Of a stretch of DNA of 64,000 nucleotides, positions 50,001-59,836 are shown piece by piece. A program made the position numbers and the translations under genes. Source of the DNA: Convolutriloba macropyga (taxonomy: Eukaryota). The notes beneath the pieces were generated by a model that was given only the letters and a program-made list of their open reading frames with translations, had not been told where the DNA came from and made no database searches. The stretch spans positions 44,206,001 to 44,270,000 of the forward strand of contig NC_134472.1 in the NCBI RefSeq assembly GCF_964194025.1, written 5' to 3'. Each line of letters starts with the position of its first letter. The stretch's first letter is position 1.

Positions 50001-51286
50001 GAGATCAGTGAGTGTCAATGGAAGAAATGGAAGACAGACAACACAAATGGGGTGAAAGGTTTTCTGAAGTCAAATAATCCCTTCCGACCATCGATGTCCA
50101 AAAAGTTGCTCATTGAGAAAATCAAAAGTTGAGAACTGTTTGGTGTCGTCGATTGCAGTCTTGAAATTCCAGAGGAAATGTATTATTACTATGAAGACTT
50201 CCCTCCAATTGTCAAAAACTGTGAAGTTGGACGAGTTGATATTGGAGAGCACATGAAAGAGTTTGCAGAACGCAACAAGTGATTACTCAGACCCAGAAAA
50301 ATGCTCATGTCCAGTTTCAAGCTTGAACGAGGACCCATTAATAACGCCACTGTTGTTATTCTATCTGGAAAAAGGTTTTATCCTAAAAGACGTTTTTGGT
50401 TTCTGCAATACACTCCCCGACGCTGCTTTGAGACTTTTGTTCAGAATGTTGTTGATGCTGGCCGCGAAGGAGATCAGAGCAAGGAGTCAACAGTCGTTGC
50501 GGAGACAATGAAGTTGATAGTAAACAGTTCGTACGGTTATCAGATCATGGACCGTAGTCGACATACGAATACCAAGTATGTGAAAGGATCTCAAGTGGAC
50601 AAATTTATTAATAATAGATTTTTCAAGACTATGAATGAGCTACCGGAACAAATTTATGAGGTAGAAATGAACAAAACATGTATCGAGCATAAGGAACCAA
50701 TAATTGTTGGCTTTTGTATCCTCCAGTACGCCAAACTTACAATGTTGCAACTTAAATCCAATTTCTTCTCCTCTTTTTGTGATCCAAACAAATAAGAGTT
50801 GATAGACATGGATACTGATAGTCTATACATGGCACTTCGTGAGGACAAAGTTGACGAAATCATCGAAATGCAACCATTGTGACACTGGATAAGACAAAGC
50901 GACTGCAAGATAATTTCGCAGCAAACTCAAGCAGCAACTTTTTCTCACGAGAATGTTGCAACAATCATGCGAACTTTGACAGGAGAACCCCAGGCTTGTT
51001 CAAAGAAGAATTTAGATGCTCAGAAATAATTGCTTTGTGCTCAAAAACTTATTGCTGCTACGATTAGCAATCAGGTACTGTAAAATGGGGCTCAACAAAA
51101 ACTATACCGACGAACCTTTGGCCAAATACAGAGATGTTTTGCTTGATGAGGGGCAAGTATATTCAACGAACCGATGATTTCGCGTAGTCGACAATAAGAA
51201 ATTGTGCAGATATGAGCTCAAAAAAATGGGGCTGTCATACTTTTATTACAAGCGTAAAGTCTGCCAGGACGGAATTCACACTACTC

Positions 51287-51290
<4 letters not shown>
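47001..51290 (+). pseudogene. polB: Protein-primed family B DNA polymerase (pPolB), multiple stops and frameshifts
   Basis: N-terminal C2H2 fingers and DNLCIFRAL. Exonuclease motifs VFEFES, FGFNSCRYDL, WYKNKDV. GGPSIIF; VDGF..FEAMGCFFH insert. Polymerase motifs KLIVNSSYG, DTDSLY, TPGLFKEE, KTYC and DGIHTTPL. Confidence 0.95.

Positions 51291-51344
<54 letters not shown>
51290..51344. repeat. (AT)n microsatellite at the 3' end of pPolB
   Basis: Read directly from the sequence. Confidence 0.95.
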
Positions 51345-51346
<2 letters not shown>

Positions 51347-51557
51347 CTCATCTTCTAAGAGTTTGTAAATTTCCAGCCTTCTTTATTTTTATATCATTTT
51401 TAATTCACTGTTTACCTCACAAAATGTCTTTTAAAAAATCATCGTATAAAATAACTGAATTAGATAAAAAAAACACAATCAAATAATTAAGTACAAAATT
51501 TACAATTCCTTAATACAAAGTTTTGAAAACCATTCGCATCATTTTACGGATTAATGT

Positions 51558-51986
51558 TTAAACATTTATAAAGATTTTGGTTGTCAAAACGTACAAAACA
51601 TCAGCAAAGAACTTCAATATATGAAAATTATTTAAATGTTTAGACGAGACTTGAGAAAGTAACACATGTGCGAAATATATAGCATATAAACCACACAGTT
51701 CTGAATCTTGGAGTTTCTCCTGTACTAATGATCCAAAGTTTGATTTAGTCCTGATGCCATATTTTTCCAAAACTTCTCCCATGGAATCATCGTAGAACAA
51801 CTTTCCATTTTTATTGGCTAGCAAAATCCAGTGGGAGCCCTGTTGAGTAGATGGATCTGTAATGATTATAAAAAACGGGTTTGTAGGTAATTTTCTTGGT
51901 CGAAGATCAGCAGGGAAGGAACCGAGATATTTAAACTTTAGGTGTGGGAACCTGTTGTCAACATGTAAGAAATTTTGTTTATTCAT
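51558..51986 (-). CDS. Polinton adenain-type cysteine maturation protease (PRO)
   Basis: YLGSFPAD, TDPSTQQGSHW (His), FYDDSMG (Asp) and LQDSELCGLYAIYF (Gln/Cys). Confidence 0.9.
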   Translation of the reverse strand: MNKQNFLHVDNRFPHLKFKYLGSFPADLRPRKLPTNPFFIIITDPSTQQGSHWILLANKNGKLFYDDSMGEVLEKYGIRTKSNFGSLVQEKLQDSELCGLYAIYFAHVLLSQVSSKHLNNFHILKFFADVLYVLTTKIFINV

Positions 51987-53240
51987 TTTTGGTAACTAAT
52001 CCCTCTTTGTCAATTGCAATGGAACTTATACGTTCACCGCTAACAAATAAATCTACAGTATTGGTCAATTTGTTAGCAAAGTAGAGCTCTAAACGAATTC
52101 CTGCTCCAACTACATCAGGAAAATGCATTTCGACATTGGCCTCCTGTGTTGAAGTAAGATCGAAAAATAAATGAAAATGGTTTTCAAAATCCTTGTATTG
52201 AATGTTAGGACCGTCATCATCAAACTTGAGTGCTTTAATCGTATCAGCATAAGCCCTCACATGATTTTCCGTTTTCAAGTTAACTATAGTTTGATTCCCA
52301 CGCACAATTTTAACTTCCCGAAGACCAAATTTACGAAAATGGAACAGATTTGTGTTGTAGGGTCCACTGAAATCATTATTCAGATTCATAGCAATATCAA
52401 TCATTCGAATTGGTTTGTTTAAAAATATATTTTCTTGTATAAACTGATTCTGTCCAGCGGGAATGATAAAGGTTTTTGGAAGTTCTTCATTATAGTAAAT
52501 TATGGCTAGATCTCGCAGCAGACTGCTTTTGAAACTTGTCATCCAGTTATCCGAGATTGCTAGCTGTCTAGTAAAAAGGCACGCTTCCAAAATAAAAGCT
52601 TCAGAGTTCAATCCACCAGTATCGATCAAATAGAACGTTGGAGATGACCGGATCAATTTCAGTCTGAGGTTGACATCTGGGAGAAGTAATTTTTCACAAG
52701 CAAATAGACCTATTGCTAACGGACCGTAAAAAGTAAATTCATCTTTATCCTTTTTAAAAACAGTATCTGTGAAAGCTCTTTTTGTAAAATCCTTTGGCTC
52801 AATCTCGTATCGATATCCTTGGCATTGAGATAAGCTTTCCTTTGTTTCTTTTGTGCCTGAAAAATCAGCAGAGACAAAAGCTTGATGGGTATAAAGAGAG
52901 TTGGCACTGTGAACTTGTTCATTGTTACTTCGCAATTAGAGAAAAGAGGATGAAGGACATGTCTTACCAATAATGTTTCTTCGGCATTATATAAACGTGT
53001 TCAATCTCCTTTAATAACCCTTCCTCTGATGAATAATCGAGTAGATCGCAAATCAGTACAAATATTACGATCAGTTTCCATTTGAAATTCGATTGTTGAC
53101 TTGTTTAAGAAGTTCGTTGCAAATATTTGTTGTTCATTGGACCAAAGAATGGGGTCTAAAATTGGAACTCTCCCGCAAAAATCTAGCATAGAGTGAGACA
53201 AGGAATTCTTTTGCTTTTTAGCCGACCGTTTTTTATAATG
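51979..53240 (-). pseudogene. Polinton major capsid protein (double jelly-roll, PY), frameshifted near the 5' end
   Basis: IEF..TDLRSTRLFI, LHPLFSNCEV, KLLLPDVNLRLKLIRS, NLFHFRKF, FFDLT and IRLELYFA; positioned between mCP and PRO. Confidence 0.85.
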
Positions 53241-53254
53241 ATAATTGAGGAAAT

Positions 53255-54030
53255 GATCAAGGTTTTTCTGGAAAAGTAAGGTTAGTTGAACTTGACCAAT
53301 AGGGAAGAAGGGAACAAGGTGTCCAGCTGCGTTTCTTAATTCTACATGCATACTGTGGAAGTTCGATTTGATTACTGTATGGAATCTCAAGTGTTCGAAA
53401 TTGCGATAACTCAGAACTAGAGATCTCTTAAATATCCCATCATTATGGAAATTTCGGTGTTTGAACGGGAAGGAACGTAGAAGAGGACAATTCACATATC
53501 ACCAACTGAATTGGGTTCAACTATATCCAAGTAGAGTAAAACTGTATGTGTTCCAGTAAAATCAAAAGGGAGATCTGCTTTTGCCCAGGACTTGGTATTG
53601 TATGAATGATGCATTTTGAGATCCTCTATTGCAAAAAATTAGTCTTTGACTTTTTTTGCCGATTTTGATAGAAATTGGAGGATGTAAGTTTTTGGGATGT
53701 CGTGCTTTTTTGATTGTATCTGCACGATTATTCGCAAATTCCTCCAAAGAGTTGAAATGCAAAGACATGCTGCATTTGAACTGCTGGTTGAATGGCAAAG
53801 ACATGCTTGAATTTCTCATCATAGTGAAATGTCATCAATCCTCCTTCAATGTTATAACATATACCGGGATACGATACTTCGTTTAAAGCTACTTCCCAAG
53901 ATCCATACAGTTCAATTTTGTCGGGACGAAAATTAGTGAACGAAGCCCTTGTATTTTGAGGATGAACTTGAGAGGAAGCGTTGGATGCCAATTCTAGATG
54001 AAACGAATTTATGATGTTTGACTGTTCTGT
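53255..54030 (-). pseudogene. Polinton minor capsid/penton protein (PX), fragmented
   Basis: FHLELASNASSQVHPQNTRASFTNF...WEVALNEVSYP; CPLLRSF; FHSMHVELRNAAGHLVPF...LTLLF. Confidence 0.85.
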
Positions 54031-54039
54031 GTGACGTTT

Positions 54040-54380
54040 GTTTGGGAAAATGATTCGTCAAGGTTCTTCAGAAGGTCTTTCCTAATTTTTGCCGAACAAA
54101 ACCTTGTCCAGTGTTTTTCCTCTTTTTTATACCTCAACCAACTTGTTTTTGTATTGTCGATTTTGCAGTTTTCTTTACTGCTTTTTTAATTGAAGTCTCT
54201 CTTGATAAAACAGCACCAATTTCGGGAATTTCTGACTCGATTACTTCTCGTCCAATTTTTTTCCTGAAGGTAAAACGTAATTATTGAGAATGGGAAGACT
54301 TTTTCTAGCGACTGTTCTAGCCAAGGCTCCAAAGCCACGCTCCCTCTGACGAGGAACTTCTTTAAATTAAGGTAGATTGT
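54040..54380 (-). pseudogene. Small basic Polinton protein (putative virion core protein)
   Basis: Manual translation across frameshifts: PRQRERGFGALARTVARKSLPIL...IKKAVKR...QKQVG*G, followed by a K/R-rich tail. Confidence 0.55.
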
Positions 54381-54402
54381 AACCGTCCGTTTTCTAGCGC
54401 GT

Positions 54403-55363
54403 CTAATTGAAAAATGATTCTGCAACTTTTGACAATTTTTGTTCGTAAGAGATTCCATCAATGTTTTCACCTTTCTGATCAACAACAAAATATAACGGGA
54501 AGGGTGCTAAAGTGTTTGTTTTTTGAACTAGGAAAATTTCATGTGTATAGTGAGGCTTATATCTTTTTTGAAGTTTGCTCTCTGCTAATGCCAACCTAAC
54601 TTTATCTCCTACTTGAAACCTGGGCTTTGTATTTTTTGTAGCTTCATTCGTTTGTACATGACAGTCCAAAAATCAGCATTCACTAAATCTTTTGGCGCCA
54701 ACCCAATATTACGATTGATTCTTGAGCTAATGACGTCAACAAATATTTGCAGTTCTTTGATGTAGTATATTGTGTCTTTTTCTTCCAGGTAGCAGTAAAT
54801 TAAATTTTTCAGGGTTCGCATAGCTCTTTCGCCAAAAAGCTACTTTGGTTTCACTATCAGTGTGATAATATTTGACTCCCACATCCTCACAGAAATTGGC
54901 CATATCTCCAAAAAACTCTTTTCCTTGATCTAGCCATAATTTTTTCGGGAAATTGAGCCCGCTCTTCTTTGAACACATTTTGGTAAAGGCTGCTTTTACG
55001 GCCTCTGCTCCTTTTCTCCCTAATGGTTCTACTTGCAGGTATCGAGAAAAAACATCTACAGTAACGAGTAAAAATTTGATACCTCGTTTCAATCGTGATA
55101 GTTTATCCATTTTTTGCAAGTTCCAAGCACCAAATCTCATCAATATAGCGAGCATACCCATTTAGTCGCTAAAATTTTCGTCTGATTCCATTGTACATCG
55201 TATAAGAGTCTCTTGGTTGTAACAATTCTGTAATTTTTTCGCGACTGATTCCACTTGCTTTTGTTAGGTTGTTGATAGAACCAAAAGTTGCTGGTCCCCT
55301 CTCCTTATACAATTTCTGCAATTTGATTCTATCTGAAACTGTAATTGAACCAGTCTGAGCCAT
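54403..55363 (-). pseudogene. int: Polinton retroviral-like DDE integrase, frameshifted
   Basis: PATFGSINNL, FLLVTVDVFSRY, LWLDQGKEF, KVAF-ERAMRTLK, IGLAP and PRFQVGDKVRL; no C-terminal chromodomain seen. Confidence 0.92.
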
Positions 55364-55799
55364 ACTGTGTCCTCAAATTGTTATTTTCAACCCGATGTGG
55401 TCTCAGATTCAGAACTTTAAGAATAAAGAAATAGTTTGGATCAACTGGAACGTTTTTCAATTTAATTGAACGGAGGAAAGTTTTTATGTCAACTCCTGTG
55501 TCAACGTTGTCGACAATAATTGTACTGGATAGTGAAATTTTCGACCATATGTTTTCGTATATCTCCCTCAAAGTTTTCAATGTCTCCGGATTGTTCTTAT
55601 AGTGAAATTCCAGGTATGTCTTAAGTTCTTTAGATTGACGATCGGTTTTTTCGGAACTGACATCCTCTTTCGGTTTTTTGACAACTGGGAAAACTATTTC
55701 TTCTTTTCTATAGATCTCGCTGTAGGGTTCCGATAGTTTCCTTTTTCTGGTCTCCCACAGTTCTTTTGGAACAAGAATGTTGAAAATTTGTTCATACAA
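55329..55799 (-). CDS. Polinton hypothetical protein
   Basis: 156-aa ATG ORF tightly packed between neighbouring genes. Confidence 0.6.
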   Translation of the reverse strand: MYEQIFNILVPKELWETRKRKLSEPYSEIYRKEEIVFPVVKKPKEDVSSEKTDRQSKELKTYLEFHYKNNPETLKTLREIYENIWSKISLSSTIIVDNVDTGVDIKTFLRSIKLKNVPVDPNYFFILKVLNLRPHRVENNNLRTQYGSDWFNYSFR

Positions 55800-56080
55800 G
55801 GTTTATATATGTAACTTAATATTGTTATTCCAGCTTTTGAGCTCAATATAAGTCTTCTGGATTTTAGGGTTGTTGCTTTTGATGTGAGCTTTCTAAGTTG
55901 TTTTCGGAAGCGAGCAAACTGATTTCTTCCTACTCCTGTGAGGTTTCCTCCAATCAAGTTTACAGTACACTCACAGAGAAATCTGATGAAATCATTAGGA
56001 CAGGGTAGAAGAAAAGCTGGTTGAAAATTCTTGTTGAGAGTCCGAAAGAGATACAAATTATAATAATTATGTTTGTTTAT
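55770..56080 (-). CDS. Small basic Polinton hypothetical protein (CEC..N..GN motif), boundaries approximate
   Basis: FIRFLCECTVNLIGGNL...FRKQLRKL...SRRLILSS within ORF 55694-56119. Confidence 0.6.
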
Positions 56081-56675
56081 CATTACTATCACTAATATGA
56101 GCACGACTGTTCGGTACAAAGAATTCTGAATGAAATGAAGTTACATCTGAACAATATCTTAACAAATCAGGGTTAGATGGTCTCAAATCGATCAAAAGGT
56201 TCCAATATGGTTCTTGGGTAGCTTCATCATACCACTGTTATAGTTGTTTTCCCAGACCCAGCTGTTTTCCCAATATATCAATTTGCTGCACATCTCGGCG
56301 TGATTTGAACAAAACAATGTGAGTAGTCTGAAGCTCGGCATCACGTCCAGTTTTGTTTTTGTGGAAGAGATTCTGATTGACATATACAAAATTTAAATTT
56401 CGATGTCTACCGGCTGTCGCAATTGCGCTAAATTTTTCCGACTTGGAAAGAATGTCTAATGCGTCATCGAATATAAGTAAATATTTTGTGCTGCCAGCGG
56501 GTAAGTTCTCAATTAATTCAAAGTCAATACCCTGAATGATTTCTATGTCTCCGATTGATTGAATCATTGTGTCGTAAATTGGCTGAAAGTGCTTATAAAA
56601 GTATAAAATTCAATCAAACGAGGGTTTAAAATTTTTCATTTGTAAGCGTTCCTTTGTTAATGTGGTCTTGTTCAT
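56066..56675 (-). pseudogene. Polinton A32/FtsK-like packaging ATPase with Walker A missing
   Basis: Walker B LLIFDD, AGRHRN, VNQNLF, THIVLFKS and PYWNLLIDL. The ATG at 56675 runs MNKTTLTKER-LQMKNFKPSFD with no GxxGxGK. Internal stops present. Confidence 0.88.
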
Positions 56676-56677
56676 TT

Positions 56678-56932
56678 TATGCTCTGGGATTAAGAAGTAT
56701 ATTACCTACAGCATTTGAAAGAATAGCAATCCAAACTGTTCGTTTGTCACAAGTTTTTGCAAAAATAACGTTGATAATTGAAAAAGAGAAGAAGTATTAA
56801 TACAACTAAGCACTGGAATATTGACAAAAAAGCTGTTCTAGAGCAAGCGCGTCCACAAATTTTCCAAGGAGGTGGCTCCTGATTGTTATTATTGAAAATG
56901 AAGTCAGCTGTGTGATTGTTATGATCTGTCAT
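56678..56932 (-). pseudogene. Small two-TM Polinton membrane protein, frameshifted
   Basis: WKICGRACSRTAFLSIFQCLVVLILLLF continues after a frameshift as ...VWIAILSNAVGNILLNP*. Confidence 0.6.
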
Positions 56933-56959
56933 TAGAGTGCGACTGATTTTTGTTCGTTT

Positions 56960-57420
56960 TTAGGAAAAAATGATTCGCACTTTGATTAAAGGCAATCGTG
57001 GTGACAATTTCAGAAAATAACAGTATGCTAGACTTGTTATATGTCCCAAGAAACAAAAGTTTAATTTTGAATTAAGGAATGGAACCATGTAACAGTACCC
57101 GAGACCAATATTTAGATTTGTTTTCAGGAATGCCGTTGCATCATGAAATGTGGCATGTAAACGAAAAACTTTTGACCAATTCAAAAGTTTCTCCAGTTTT
57201 GAATCACCAACTCCTATTAGTTCTCCAAAGGGAACATCTCTGTTGATTTTATCTAGATCTACATTTTGTCAAAATTTCGACAGAGAGCCAAAAAATAATT
57301 TTTCCTTTTTGTATTTCCTACACAAAATTGACAGATTTCCTTTTCGAACTCTACAATTTTCTCAATATTCATGTCAAGCAACTGTTCTGAAAGGATTTAA
57401 TTCGAAAAGTGAATAAATAC
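56960..57420 (-). pseudogene. Polinton accessory gene with G-x-G and H-x-x-x-HD motifs (possible PLA2-like fold)
   Basis: In-frame extension of ORF 56960-57184 reads VPFGELIGVGDSKLEKLLNWSKVFRLHATFHDA..GLGYCY..LGHIT; stop at 57269-57271. Confidence 0.45.
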
Positions 57421-57429
57421 AAATTACTT

Positions 57430-58050
57430 CTATGCACTTTGCGATTTTGTTTGGTTTTTTACTTTGTTCAGCACTGAAATAATTTCATCGCTCATTCGAT
57501 GTAGTTTCTGCAACTCTCCAATTCTGACAGAAAGCAAGCAATTCCTTCTAAAACTGTCTTTTTCAGTCCCTCGTGTGAAGAGCTTGATTGTGAAGTAACA
57601 TCGATTCAGGTCATCTTGGTAAAATGTTCTGGTGACACGTACTTTTTGTCTAGCAGTCTCACTCACCTCCCAGAACACATCGAGTTTCATTTTCTCCTCC
57701 ACATCAATTGGTTGGAAATAAGTTTCGTCAGTAACCAACTTTGCAGTAACTTCTGTGGGTTCAAACTCTAGTGCTTCTTTTAACATCTCAGGTAATTTTT
57801 GGATGAAAATTTTCAATTCCCAGACCGACAGCATCAGAAATTAATGCAGAACAAGTTCGCCTTCGACATTTTCACAAAAGATTTTCAAGTGTGTCCAATT
57901 CGAGCTTGTATTGATAACTTTCTCTGGGATGCTGATTCGAATTTTCCGTTTGCTGTATTCTTGGAAAGTCCAAATGTTGTTGTTTCCTGGGCGATCCTCA
58001 TTTGGTTTGGGTTCAGTGTCCTCAACTTTCACTTTGATATCATTTTCCAA
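57430..58050 (-). pseudogene. Single gene split by one stop; two tandem PC4-like (ssDNA-binding) repeats
   Basis: ORFs 57841-58050 and 57430-57834 are in frame and two codons apart. The two halves share W-x5-R/K-x-K-I/V-R-I/V ... L/I-K-I/L-F ... S-V-x(1-3)-E-L. Confidence 0.55.
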
Positions 58051-58453
58051 AGAAAATATGCTGTCATTATGATAATCGAACTGGGAAGAAGGAATGACTG
58101 GTTTTTCCTCTATGATTTTGTTTGCGGAAGGGGAACGCGTAGGGTTTTTTGCTGTCAGCTGAGACTGAACTTCGATCCATCTGTGGCGTGAGAATGTGAA
58201 GTAAGTAAAAGATGAGTTTTTAAAGCAAAAATAAGAAAAATTGTGTTAAAAGGATGAACTGAATATTAAAATTGAGAACATTTGCGAAAAAAAACTTCGT
58301 AACCAATGAGATCAAGCAAAAGAAGTCGTAGCCAATGAGAATTGAGTGTGCATCATGACGTAATATTTATGTCACTTCTATTTTAAGAAACATCGCTTGA
58401 TTTGACAAATGATGTCAAGTGAGGGAAAGTTTTGCAGAGAAAACAAGCAACTG

Positions 58454-58855
58454 CTAAGACTTATATTGGAGAGCACCTGTAGTTCGAGAATGGAACATTT
58501 TGATGAAGTGGTTGGTTCTGATCATTGTCATTTTCTTGGATAGGCGGAAGAATAGGCGGTCTTGAAAATTGGGTAGAAGTACGAAATTGTTGACGTTATC
58601 TTCGGCTAAGTGGAGGCTATGATGTCTAGCAGCCTCTAAAGTTCTCCACGAATCTTTCGGAGGTGTTGAATTAGTAGTCTGTGTTTTTATTGTTACTCTT
58701 GTGCAATACACCTCAAAGAATGATTCGATGTTGTTATCGGTTACTGTTGTTTTAAATTTCGATTCCTCCTTATTGGGAACGAAATCTAAATCAGAATGAA
58801 GTGTCAAAAGAAAAGATGCTGAAGGAAGTAATGGAAAGGTTGGAGTTTTTTGCAT
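58454..58855 (-). CDS. Polinton hypothetical protein
   Basis: 133-aa ATG ORF with no recognised motif. Confidence 0.4.
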   Translation of the reverse strand: MQKTPTFPLLPSASFLLTLHSDLDFVPNKEESKFKTTVTDNNIESFFEVYCTRVTIKTQTTNSTPPKDSWRTLEAARHHSLHLAEDNVNNFVLLPNFQDRLFFRLSKKMTMIRTNHFIKMFHSRTTGALQYKS

Positions 58856-59530
58856 TTTTTCTAGATTTTTTTTTTAGATTTTGTCTAGATATACTATGTA
58901 AATAACAGCATTTTTGAAAGATTTTTTATTTTAGTAAAACGATATTTTTTTAAAAAAAATTTAAAAACTCACATAAAGAAATCTTCAAAAACAAAAAAAT
59001 TGAATTATAGAAAAAAACATCAAACTATGCATTTTTTGTTAAAAACCTTATGTAATATTTTAGTTAGCGAAACAATATTTTTTTCAAAAAAAAAATTAAT
59101 TAAAAATTTTACATAAAAAACTTCAAAAACGGAAAATTGGAAAAATAGAAAATTTGAAAACATCAGCATTTGCATTTTTGTTTAAAACGTTATGTAAAAA
59201 TCGGCATTTTTGAATCCAATATTGTTTAATTACATTGACCTTTTTTCGAAAAAAAAATTAATTATTATAAAATAATTGCTTTAGAAAATCTTCAAAAACT
59301 AAAAAGCGGAAAAATCCAAAAAATTAAAGTTTCAAAATATGCATTTTTAATCAAAAACCTTATATGAAAGACGACATTTTTCAATCAAAAATTGTTTTAA
59401 GTAAGTTAACATTTTTATGAAAAAAAAATAGTAATACAAAAAAAGTTCGAAAAAAAACTTTTTTTTCAAAAACTGACAAATGCAAAAAAGAAAATATCAA
59501 AATATGCATTTTTTTAATCAAAAAGCTTAT
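58845..59530. repeat. Degenerate A-rich ~145-170 bp subterminal repeats of the Polinton
   Basis: Recurring cttcaaaaac..tgcattttt..aaaaccttat at ~59028, 59171, 59340 and 59505. Confidence 0.7.
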
Positions 59531-59597
59531 GCGCCTGCTGGATCTATCTGTTAAAAAATTATTTACTTGAAAAAAAAGACTTAATCCTTGAAAAAAG

Positions 59598-59836
59598 ATT
59601 AAGTAGTTAGGATTAGCTGAAGTGCAATAGAGCGGAAAACTGGATGCATTTCCCCCGGGGTAATTACGATATTTACCCCTGGGTAATTATGATAAGATGA
59701 AAAGTCTATTGTTCTCACTCTCTTTTTTAGGTACGCCTTTGGAAAATTGATGAAAATAGGCTATAAATAATCTTTATACATATGTACGTCTTTTAACCCC
59801 CCCCCCCCCCCCCTCATCTGCTCGCATATAACTACT
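59598..59836 (-). repeat. Polinton right terminal inverted repeat
   Basis: Reverse complement of 44058-44288; ends ACTACT followed by the TSD AATTTT. Confidence 0.95.

Larger units (their letters stand above)
44058..59836. mobile_element. Polinton/Maverick (capsid-encoding endogenous dsDNA viral element), full-length, inactivated
   Basis: Begins AGTAGT (44058) and ends ACTACT (59836). AATTTT flanks both sides (44052-44057, 59837-59842). TIRs and pPolB, INT, PRO, ATPase, MCP and mCP remnants are all present. Confidence 0.96.

Noticed and set aside
51202-51486. YI-repeat protein (also 39448-39636)
   Set aside because: Translation of (AT)n microsatellites.
53001-53495. Penton-MCP fusion protein
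   Set aside because: The ORF joins the mCP C-terminus to the MCP N-terminus in an element riddled with frameshifts; most simply a decay artefact.
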